Part shown: in pieces, positions 52,701-64,000 of the stretch
How positions within the stretch are numbered: position 1 is the stretch's first letter
Layout: every line of letters begins with the position of its first letter
DNA from: Octopus vulgaris
Taxonomy: Eukaryota
Reading direction: 5' to 3'
NCBI GenBank assembly: GCA_951406725.2
Contig: OX597821.1
Coordinates: 17,732,001-17,796,000, forward strand
DNA: 64,000 bases
Made by a program: the position numbers and the translations under genes
Notes under the pieces: model-generated
What the model saw: the letters and a program-made list of their open reading frames with translations, nothing else
The model's database searches: none
Told to the model about the DNA's origin: nothing

Positions 52701-53466
52701 ATAGGTTTGAAGCAAACACAGCATATGTAAAATCTTGGCAGCCTATTTCCCTTCATTACTGAGGAAAAATATTTCCAATATCGAAACCTCCAGACATTAT
52801 GCTCCTCCATCTTATTTCTAACACCCAGGCACATTTGGAAAGGATTAAATCAACCAAATATTTGCCGGGTAGTTTACTTTTATATACCTTGGAAGAATGT
52901 ATGAAAAGCATTTGAGTCTTCCTGTAAGTTACATAACATCCCTAAATAATAATAATAATAATAGAAATTCACAAATTTCAACAATAGGCGCAGGAGTGGC
53001 TGTGTGGTAAGTAGCTTGCTAACCAACCACATGGTTCCGGGTTCAGTCCCACTGCGTGGCATCTTGGGCAAGTGTCTTCTGCTATAGCCCCGGGCCGACC
53101 AATGCCTTGTGAGTGGATTTGGTAGACGGAAACTGAAAGAAGCCTGTCGTATATATGTATATATATATATATGTATGTGTGTCTGTGTTTGTCCCCCTAG
53201 CATTACTTGACAACCGATGCTGATGTGTTTATGTCCCCGTTACTTAGCGGTTCGGCAAAAGAGACTGATGGAATAAGTACTGGGCTTACAAAGAATAAGT
53301 CCCGGGGTCGATTTGCTCGACTAAAGGCGGTGCTCCGGCATGGCCACAGTCAAATGACTGAAACAAGTAAAAGAGTAAAAAAAAGAAACAGGCTTGCCCC
53401 AGTATTTCAGTTTTGATATATTTCTTATCATGGGATGCTCTTCCTGATTACAGCCACTTTATAGAG

Positions 53467-53667
53467 CAGTGGTTTTCAACCAGGGTTCCACCAGTACAGT
53501 CCAGGTGTTCCGCAAGAAGTTACAAAACTGCCAAAATCGGCAGTAATTTTTAATTCTCCTGTGCAGATATGTGTGCATAAGACTATTAAATTATTGCACA
53601 GGTGTTCCTCGAGCCAGTGGAATGTTTCCTTGGGATTCCGCTCCAGCAAAAAGTTTGAAAAGCATTG
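53467..53667. mobile_element. hAT (Charlie-like) MITE
   Basis: CAGTGGTTTTCAA...TTGAAAAGCATTG TIRs, 8-bp TSD TTATAGAG. Confidence 0.85.
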
Positions 53668-54242
53668 TTATAGAGAGTACTGGCTGATTTTTTCCATGAC
53701 ATCAACACTAGCGAAGTTTGCTTTCTCTCACATGGTGAAGGAGAACAAGAGAGAGAGGCTGGTGACTTTAGCTGGTGTGTTGACAATATAAAGTATGTTA
53801 AGTAAACTTGTTTCCTTGTGCTGTGAAGCTGTAAGTGGAGATATTGACAGCATTGGGGCAAAGTGCAACAGAAGGGAAAGAGAATGAATAATGTCATGAA
53901 TTAATGATAGAGAGTCAGAGAGTAACAAGGAAGACAGGGGTGGATGGATTTTGGGGGAGATTCAGGGAAACCTTACGTTATGTATGGGTGAGTGGAGATG
54001 GTGTGCGGTGCTGGAAAGTATGGCAGGATGGTGGTGACAAGGGGTCAAAGTATACCTAACCTCAGTAGTGTCATGTCTCAGAAGGTAAATAAAAGAGTAT
54101 GGTGACATTATGAATATGCATAGCTACATGGTAAGCAGCTTGCTTCCCAACCACATGGTACCAGCTTCAGTCCCACTCAGTAGCACTTTGGGCTGACAAA
54201 CCCTTGTGAGTGGATTTGGTAGGTGGAAACTGAAAGAAGTCT

Positions 54243-54295
<53 letters not shown>

Positions 54296-54296
<1 letters not shown>

Positions 54297-54505
54297 TGTT
54301 GTTTCTGAGGAGAGTCATTTTCTTTTTGTGCCTTATAATGTAACACACTCATCAGTGAAATTTCCACTTATTTCTTATTTTTATTTTCCTAAAATTTTTT
54401 GTTGTGTCTTGCATCCTTTTCAATAAGAAATAAGTGGAAATTTCACCGGTGAGTGTGTTACATTATAAGGCACGAAAAAAAAATGACTCTCCCCAGACAC
54501 AACAG
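54296..54505. repeat. Foldback element, ~85-bp imperfect arms, flanked by (TA)n
   Basis: 54296-54379 is the reverse complement of 54422-54505. Confidence 0.85.
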
Positions 54506-54564
54506 AATATGCTTCAACACATGAACTCATATCAAGAATCTTGCAAACCAAATTCAAAAACGAA

Positions 54565-54596
<32 letters not shown>

Positions 54597-54880
54597 ACCA
54601 ACCAGACCATCAGATGTTGCTACATATCGCTGGTCACCATGCGTTCGCATTGTTTTAGCCTTCGAATGACGCCACCCCACTGGCTAAGCGAGCAGGCCAA
54701 CAGAAGAAAGAGAGAATGAGTGGTGAAAGAGTACAGCAGGGATCACCACCCCCTGCCGGAGCCTCGTGGAGCTTTTAGGTGTTTTCGCTCAATAAACACA
54801 CACAATGCCTGGTCTGGGAATCAAAACTGGGATCCTACGCCTGCGAGTCCGCTGTCCTAACCACTGGGCCATTGCACCTC

Positions 54881-54919
<39 letters not shown>

Positions 54920-55534
54920 TTGTGTGTATTTGTTTCCCCATTACTGCTTGACAACTGGTATTGGTGTGTTTATGTACTCATGACTTAACAGTTCAGCAAA
55001 AGAGACCGATAGACTAGGAAGGGCATCCAGTGATAGAAACCATGCCAAATGAGACTGGAGTCAGCTTACTAGCCCTGGTCAAACCGTCCATCCCATGCCA
55101 GCATGGACAATGGATGTTAAATGATGATTAGTATATGTATTTATAGAAATAGGTATGTACAATTCAAGAATCTAAGTGTAGGAGGTTAGTAAGCTTCAGT
55201 CATGTATACAACTCGCAAAAGGTGTGCAATATACAGTAACATGAGTTTATTAATATTGCAAGTTACACACTTCATCCCATATTGAAATCAAAGGAAATTT
55301 TGATAAGCTGACAGTCACCATACAACTTACGGTTGAGCAACTAAAGTTGCTACAAATATGAATAAAATCCTGGTATGGTAAAAAATAGAACCGATAAAGC
55401 AGGGACTGTTTCATAGCTAAAATAATGTTTCTTAAATAACTTGTAACATTACATAGAACCAGCTTAGCTAAATTTTCAGGTCCCATTACCTATACGCTGT
55501 ATACATTGTTGTGTGTATACACACAAACACACAC

Positions 55535-56115
55535 CAAGAAAATGACTAGAGACCGAGACCTATGGAAGTATGCTGTGCGTGAGAAGACCCGGCAAGACTA
55601 GTGAGACCATAACCCGTGGCCTCTACCTGGTATGTAGCCAGTCGACTTATACATACCTTTCCTTCTTGGGACACAAAACTCCACTTGTGAAGACCCGTTG
55701 AGGCAAGTGAAAATCAAAAAAATCAAAATCAAATCAGATATCAGAGAGCAGAACCAAAATCGAAGTCGATCAACATCAATGGAAATTGCAGCTGTGATAC
55801 CAGTGCCGGTGACAAGTAAGCGAACCATCCGATTGTGGCCGTTGCCAGCGCCGCCCTGACTGGCCCCGTTGCCGGTGGCACGTAAAAAGCACCATCCGTC
55901 CGTGGCCGTTTGCCAGCTCCGTCTGGCACCTGTGCGGGTGGCACGTAAAAAGCACCCACTACACTCACGGAGTGGTTGGCGTTAGGAAGGGCATCAAGCC
56001 GTAGAAACACTGCCAGATCAGACTGGGCCTGATGCAGCCTTCTGGCTTCACAGACCCCAGTTGAACCGTCCAACCCATGCTAGCATGGAAAGCGGACGTT
56101 AAATGATGATGATGA

Positions 56116-56118
<3 letters not shown>
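55535..56118 (+). mobile_element. RTE-type LINE 3' end / long 3' UTR ending in (GAT)n
   Basis: MTRDRDLWKYAV C-terminus and (GAT)n tail. Partial copies at about 42040-42200, 55015-55130 and 63755-63950(-). Confidence 0.65.
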
Positions 56119-56203
<85 letters not shown>

Positions 56204-56902
56204 GTACACACACACACACATGTATACATGCAAAATATAAATGCATGTAAATATTTATGTGTGTGTGTCAGATCACTCTTAGTAACATGTGACCTAGGAC
56301 AACCTGCAGGTTGATTGACAAATTTTTGCTGGACACCCTGCTGGATGAAAAGCAAAGCTTGTCAAAAAAGCAAATGGACTCAGTAGAGTCACTGGTCACC
56401 CAACAGCTGGAAGTGAGAGATTGCTAGTCTTTGTTTAGACATCTCTTCAGGATAATGGATTCAGTGATGCAACACCTGTGACTTTCTTTGCATCCAATAA
56501 TGTAGACTAGTTCTTCTTTTGTGGGGACAAATGCATACATTGTTCAGAGAGTGGGGCTGGCTCTATTACAAGGCCTTTTCTCACTTTAAAAAGCTCTAGG
56601 GGCAGGCATCACTTGATTTTTAACATCCCTGTTATCTGTTGCACACCATGGTTGACCACAACCCAAAAAAAAGGCAAAACACTCAATGAAAGAAACAAAG
56701 GCACGTGTCAACATGGGTAGAAAGCTCTCTAAACACTTACTGCAAGAGGCACCCATCATTGCCACATCTGTGCTAAAGTGAGTAGGTCCCTAGCAGGACT
56801 AAAAGGCCTCATCTATGCTGTTAGTGTTAAGAGAACAATCAAGTGATCGCATTGCCAAAAATCATTTTGCAGCCATATCTATCCATCTCTCTCTTTCTCT
56901 CT

Positions 56903-56948
<46 letters not shown>

Positions 56949-57955
56949 ATTAAATAAAATAAAACATATGCATATATATAAACATATATGTACGTACCTA
57001 CCTCTACTTGTACATATACACGCATATATGAGTACAAAACACCAAGAAGGACATCGAACACAATGAGAAACGAAAACATAGACACAAACCAAAGGAACTG
57101 GACATTTATTAAAAACAGCAAAAAAATAGAATACAGGACAATTAACACAAGGAAAAACCCCTTCTTCAGTCGCTAAAGCTTTCATCTACTCTACGTTTCA
57201 AAGGATAAAAGCGACACACACATACATATAGCAAGCTAGATATATAGATAGGTTGATAGGTTGATGAATAAATATATGGGTGTAGGAGTGGCTGTGTGGT
57301 AAGTAGCTTGCTTATGAACCATATGGTTCCGGGTTCAGTTCCACTACGTGGCACTTTGGGCAAGTGTCTTCTACTATAGCCTCAGGCTGACGAAAGCCTT
57401 GTGAGTGGATTTGGTTGACGGAAACTGAAAGAAGCCTGTCATATGTATGTATGTGTCTGTGTTTGTCCCCCCAAACTTGACAACCGATGCTAATGTGTTT
57501 ACGTCCCCCGTAACTTAGCAGTTCGGCAAAAGAAAACCGATAGAATAAGTACTAGGCTTACAAAGAATAAGTCCTGGGGTCGATTTGCTAAACAGCGTGC
57601 AGTTAAAAACCTGTGCGAATGTTGATTTACTAAAGGCAGTGCTCCAGCATGGCCACAGTCAAATGACTGAAACAGGTAAAAGAGTAAAGAGAGTAAACAT
57701 GTATTGTATAGTGTTATTTCTCAGGCTACAGTATTCCTGTGTATCAGTCATTTCATGGCCCTGAGAAAAAGTCTTGAAGAAACTATTTCAGTAGGCGCAT
57801 GAGTGGCTGTGTGGTAAGTAGCTTGCTAACCAACCACATGGTTCCGGGTTCAGTCCCACTGCGTGGCATCTTGGGCAAGTGTCTTCTGCTATAGCCCCGG
57901 GCCGACCAATGCCTTGTTGGTAGACAGAAACTGAAAGAAGCCTGTTGTATATATG

Positions 57956-57996
<41 letters not shown>

Positions 57997-59059
57997 CTGT
58001 GTTTGTCCCCCTAGCATTGCTTGAAAACCGATGCTGGTGTGTTTATGTCCCCGTCATTTAGCGTTTCGGCAAAAGAGACTGATAGAATAAGTACTGGGCT
58101 TACAAAGAATAAGTCCCGGGGTCGATTTGCTCGACTAAAAGGCGGTGCTCCAGCATGGCCACAGTCAAATGACTGAAACAAATAAAAGAGAGAGTAAAGA
58201 GAGTGTCTTCGTGTTTTGAATTTTTATGCAAGGACACTTCTTTAATGTTATAGCAAATGAACAGGTTAAATGACATCAATTTTTAAATAGATTCTAATTG
58301 TTGAATCCCTTACCAACTCCGTTCAGAAAGCATTCCAACCACTTTTTTTTTTTATCTTGTTATTTTTTTAACCAACCAAGTGTATGGAGAATCACATTAG
58401 CTAATGATGTCCATTGTCTTTTTTCTTTCTTTTTTGTTGTTTTTTTTCTTTTTAAGATGGTATGATGAGATAAGGAAGATTTAGCAGCAATTTCAAGCAG
58501 GTCAAAAGACCAAGCCGAGGTTTCCTCATTGACTTGTCATCAATCATGTATTTTATTTGATATAAAAGAAATTTACCAGAAAAAGAAAGGTTAATTAGCT
58601 TTTCCTAGGCCAGTGCATGTAGGTATGTGTGTGTGTGTGTAAATGTCGCCATGACATTTACAGATGATGTGAATATTGAAGAATGTTTTTTCTTTTTGCT
58701 TTATTTTTCTATACACATTGCCTATTGTAAAGCAGACTTGTCTAGTTTGCATATGTATGCGTGTTCTAGTTGTTGAAACAAGGAAATGTGGTACCAGATG
58801 TTTTTTGATTGCTATGACACTTGACTCCTAGCTAAGAGAGATTTACTACACTCCATAGTGACCCAACAGGAAGCCTTTGTGGCTGCACGATTTGCTAGAA
58901 ATAGCAGCAAATCTCAATCAAACCATGCCCCACTGTTTTAAAAATATGAAAGGAACACATTTACATTTAATCTCTAAAATGATGGGATGATCATATAATC
59001 ATCATCATATCTCGTCCCATTCTTTTTTTTTTTTTTTTTCTTTATATAACATCCATCAG

Positions 59060-59310
59060 TGACTCTATTTCCATTGTTTGTAATTCCTTGTTTGTCTTCT
59101 CAGCATTACGCCACTCGACCACCAGACCATTCTCATTTCTGTTCTTTCCAGCCCTTTCAGTTGCTTTCTTTTCATTGCCCATGTCTCCTTCTCATAAATT
59201 GTGGCACTTTGCAACACCTGCAGCATCACACTTGGCTTTTCAGTTTTGGTGATGTTCTCTTGCACTTTATTTGTATCCCACCCAGTTCCTTCCAAGCACT
59301 GCTGTAAACA
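59060..59310 (-). mobile_element. RTE LINE RT C-terminal remnant
   Basis: VLQSATIYEKETWAMKRKQLKGLERTEMRMVWW (compare LYGSETW..LERTEMRMLRW). Confidence 0.68.
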
Positions 59311-60956
59311 GCAGAAGTGAGCTAGAATGCTAAAACTTAGTGCACATGCAAGGCAGAGTTCAAGGTCAGTCTGTGCCCAGTGGCTCCACTCCATGTGGTT
59401 TAGCTTCATTACTATAGTAACAATCTGGATCATGTATATGCTTCTACATCATTCACCATCATTAGGTCACTGTTTTTCATATATAACATTACTTAAGATT
59501 ACTCTTAATAATTGTGAATTTAAATGTCTTCTTCACGCCATTTCCAGTGCAGGTGCTTCCTCAGGCATTGTATTAATCATTAATGTCACCCTTTTCAAGC
59601 CTAGGCAGTCTCATGGGCCCGGTTTCTGTGGCGTACATGTTCCCCTCAGCTGAACGGGACGCCAGTCCATTGCAGCATTACTCAAGAAACAGGAAACGAG
59701 CGTGGGAGAAAGTTGTGGCGAAAGTGTACAACAGGAGTCGCCACCACCCTCTGCCAGAGCTTTGTGGAGCTTTTAGGTGTTTACGCTCAATAAACACACG
59801 CAATGCCCGCTCTGGGAATTGAAACCGCAATCCTCCAACTGCGAGTCCGCTGCCCTAATCACTGGGCCATTGCACCTCCATATTAATCATTACTACTTCA
59901 TAATTATTAAGAGTAATCTCAAGTAATATGAATATGAAAAATTGTCACCTAGTGATGGTGTGCAGTGTAGAAACATATGTTGCAGTGCGTTAATAAAACC
60001 TATGAATTTCCATCTGTAAGTTAGTATTATTATTACAAGTGTGTGTGGATAATAACCATCTATTTCTTTAAAAGCAAGCCTGGATTTATATCTGATCATT
60101 TAAAATTATTCTTTACTGTTCAAAAGTTCACCATATGCCAGCAGTGTCATTTGATCTTTGTAATATCTTAATGTCCTTGTAGTGTCTTCTAAACTTTATC
60201 TATAAAAGGTTATCATTTGACACATCCATTTTCATTGAAATTATACATATATAATATATACATACACACATATTGATTTGGTCTTGTACTTTGGAATGAG
60301 CTGAGAAATCAGGTTTTAATTGGTTCCAGTTTCATAATTTATGTTTTAGTGTTAAGAACAACTTCAAAAACTGATTACAAGTTGCCCCAATTTCATTACA
60401 GATGATTTAACTAGCAGGGGATACTGAAGTCTTAGAAGTAACTGCAAAATTTCCTCAGCTCATATCCTACTGTGTTAAACAAAGGAAAACAGGCCTGACA
60501 TTGTGGTTAAGCAGATTGCTTACCACTGTGTGCTCCCTAGACTGACCAAAGGCTTGTGAGTGGATTAGGCAGAAGAGAACTGCAAAAAAGGCCCATTATA
60601 TGTGTGAGTGTGTTTTGTGATTGTGTTATGATTGTCTGTTTGACAACTGCTGTTGGTTTGTTTACATCTCCATGACTTAGCAGTTCTGCAAAAGAGACTG
60701 ACAACATAAGTACTAAGCATCAGAATAAGTACTGGGGTTGATTTCCAAGGCAGCACTCCTGCATGGCTGCCATCCAATGAGTTAGACAAGTAAAAGATAA
60801 GATTAGATACATAGTTTGAAATAAAAATATTAAAAAATTAAGAAACCAGATATTTCCAGGTGAGCTGTCTCAATCAAAGTCCTCTCAATCAGGATTATGT
60901 CCTTGTTCTTTGTTAATCTGTCTGCACTTCCACAACAAAAACATTCTGAATAGTTC

Positions 60957-61183
60957 AACCTTTTAGTGTTCACATTATTCTGCCAAAACTAATCCCTTTT
61001 TTATCCACATTGTTTTGAACTAATCATGCATTATCTTGTAGTTATGAGATTTTGATGAGGAAGCTGTTAATTTTTAAGATGATATTGTAGGGTTGGTGTG
61101 AGAGACCAGATATGGCCAGTTTGAACATAAAACAAGCAGAATACTTTTGGCCAGATATGGCTGGTTTAAATGCTGAAGGGTTT
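60957..61183. mobile_element. Possible piggyBac-type MITE, degenerate
   Basis: Right end AAATGCTGAAGGG-TTTAA, left end TCAA-CCTTTTAGTGTT. A similar fragment lies at about 16510-16700. Confidence 0.4.
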
Positions 61184-63710
61184 AAACAATCCTACATTTT
61201 CTACATTTTGAAAACAAATGTAAAATATTTAATATTTTTCTGTTAAATTAACCTAGTTTGTTAAATCTTGACCGTCGTTTTATAGAAAAGAAAATAATAT
61301 TAATTCAAATCTAGTTCAAATACTTGAACACATATATTTTGAGAGTATTGTGTGCATTCTAATCCTTGGTTCATTGTTTTCTTCTTTTTATCTTTTTTCA
61401 AATGCTTTCATCATTTCATTATTCTCTCCATCATCCTTCCATTCATTTCAAACTTGTGTATTATTTCGCATGAGATTCATACCAAAATTATAAGAATGTG
61501 TTGGGTGTTAACTAAAATAACTAACAGAACTTTATCATTATAAATTTATTCATAATTAGATTATTCTGTCTCTGTCTACATTATAAAAATTTGACAAAAA
61601 TTTGAGAGAACATGAAATAATTCATTTTTGAAACAGAGAATCTTGAAGCACATAAAGCTATAAATAATAGCATACAAATATTGGGTATTGGTTGAAAAAC
61701 ACATTTGGATGCAAAAAGTTGAAAGCTCTACTTAGGACTTGAACCCACTTCTTCTGTAGACATGACAAGTGTTCTACCATTGGATCAAAGCAATCCTTTG
61801 AATATCTCTATCCATTTCACAAACTTTGTTCTTACCTGCAAGAATTAACCTTCAACTCTTTCTATCTAATAAGGTTTTTCAACAAGAATTATCTTCTTTC
61901 TTTCTTTTTTTCTTTTTATTTTGTCAGTTATTTTGTGCTATTCCCATTTTAGTTTTTCATACTAGCATGTGTTAGTCATTGTCACTAACCCTTACCTTTT
62001 TCTCCAACCAAGAGATTGCTGACCTTGCACATTCCCAAAGGTGCAAAGACAGTGGATGACTACCTGACAAGAGAAATAACATCACTGCACTTACAACCTA
62101 GTGACCCGTGGAGAAGCGCAAATGCAGACATTACCCACGCGTGCACACACACACACACACATACATACATATATGAAAAGTCACAAATGACTGAGAAATA
62201 GTTTGATGAAATTTTATTTAATAATAAATAAATTATTTAAATCTCTGTATTAATGCAAAAAATCCTTCAAAATAATGCAGAATTTAAGTGACATCCTCAG
62301 GTGAAAGAAATGGATTACTTGAATCCATATACTGAGACTTAAATATATATATATATATATATACTTGAAAATGGATGCGTGGCATGTGTGGTAAGTAGCT
62401 TGTTTACCAACCACATGGTTCCGGGTTCAGTCCCACTGCGTGGCACCTTGGGCAAGTGTCTTCTACTATAGCCTCGGGCCAACCAAAGTCTTGTGAATGG
62501 ATTTGGTAGACGGAAACTGAAAGAAGCCCGTCGTATATATGTATATATATGTGTGTGTGTGTATTTGTGTGTCTGTGTTTGTCCCCCTAGCATTGCTTGA
62601 CAACCGATGCTGGTGTGTTTATGTCCCCGTTACTTAGCGGTTCAGCAAAAGAGACCGATAGAATAAGTACTGGGCTTACAAAAGAATAAGTCCCAGGGTC
62701 GAGTTGCTCAATTAAAGGCGGTGCTCCAGCATGGCCACAGTCAAATGACTGAAACGAGTAAAAGAGTATATGTATGTATGAGGGAGAGAAAGAAATAGGT
62801 ATGACAAACTTCTTTCAGTTTCCAACTATCAAATGTACTGATCAGATTGGGGCTAATATAAAGCACTTGCCCATAGTGCTTTATAGTGGGACTGAACTTG
62901 AAACCAAATTGTTAGGAATTCGGTTTTCTTAACCGCACAGACATGTCTGTCTGTGCCTTGCACTTTATCTTAAATCTAAAATTACTGGTAACTAGTTATC
63001 AGCTAAAGAGTATATTGCTAGAATATAAAAGCTCTGAAATGTAAATTACACCCAAATTTAATAAATGTTTGGAAAATTAAAATGAAAATTCAACATTTCT
63101 TCTACAAAATCTCATTATTGAATGAAACACTTTGCAATGAAGTGTATTGTAATCCCCTTCTCCCAACTAAACACTCTATCCTCCTTGATCCTTTGATGTC
63201 TACCACCCACTTGTGAGCTTACAGCAACTCCCAAGGTGCTCCTACTCAGGTAAAGAACTCACTACCTCATGACTGTGAGCCCAATGCTCTAACCACTGAG
63301 CTATGCACCTATATATATATATATATATATATATACTCTTTTACTTGTTTCAGTCATTTGACTGCGGCCATGCTGGAGCACCGCCTTTAGTCAAGCAACT
63401 CGACCCCAGAACTTATTCTTTTGTAAGCCCAGTACTTATTCTGTCGGTCTCTTTTGCCAAACTGCTAAGTAACGGGGACGTAAACACACCAGCATCGGTT
63501 GTCAAGCAATGCTAGGGGGACAAACACAAACACACACACACACATACATATATACGACAGGCTTCTTTCAGTTTCCGCCTACCAAATCCACTCACAAGGC
63601 ATTGGTTGGCCCGGGGCTATAGCAGAAGACACCAAGATGCCACGCAGTGGGACTGAACCCGGAACCATGTGGTTGGTTAGCAAGCTACTTACCACACAGC
63701 CACCCCTGCG

Positions 63711-63754
<44 letters not shown>

Positions 63755-64000
63755 CATCATCATCTTTTAATTTTAATGTCTGTTTTCCATGCTAGCATGG
63801 GTTGGATGATTCGACCGGGGTCTGGGAAGCCAGGAGGCTGCACCAGGCTCCAGTCTGATCTGGCAGTGTTTCTGCAGCTGGATGCCCTTCCTAACGCTAA
63901 CCACTCCGTGAGTGTAGTGGGTGCTTTTTATGTGTCACTGGCATGGGTATCTTAACTACAATTTCCATTTGAATTTTATTTTGATGTTGGCTCATTAGGT

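Noticed and set aside
55790-55960. CRISPR-like repeat-spacer pattern (GTGGCACGTAAAAAGCACC twice)
   Set aside because: It is an internal duplication in a retroelement 3' UTR in eukaryotic DNA, with only two units and no cas genes.
57150-57215. Type II hammerhead on the minus strand (GAAAC...CUGAAGA)
   Set aside because: Stem I cannot be paired convincingly. Kept only as part of the foldback-family note.
62016-62130. Possible downstream exon of the CREC gene
   Set aside because: No EF-hand or CREC similarity and no convincing splice signals.

Overview
AT-rich, microsatellite-dense animal genomic DNA, most likely an octopus. This is inferred from the tRNA-derived SINE families and repeat landscape, not from a database search. 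Most of the window is transposon debris: three SINE families, L1/Tx1, R4/Dong, RTE and CR1-like LINE fragments, nested Helitrons, Tc1/mariner remnants, and hAT, pogo and Merlin-like MITEs. One host gene is visible: the first coding exon (49613-49781) of a secreted CREC-family protein (calumenin/reticulocalbin-like), with a perfect ER-stress element upstream. The remainder of the window is probably its intron. Most notable observations: (1) a RACK1 pseudogene folded into an apparently perfect 195-bp-arm hairpin; (2) several different hammerhead-ribozyme motifs in short elements, mostly embedded in (TA)n; (3) four foldback transposons with 8-bp target duplications that carry telomere-like (TTAGGG)n at their centre; (4) R4-type retroelements sitting in (TACA)n tracts. 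Almost all ORFs in the supplied track are microsatellite or SINE artefacts.
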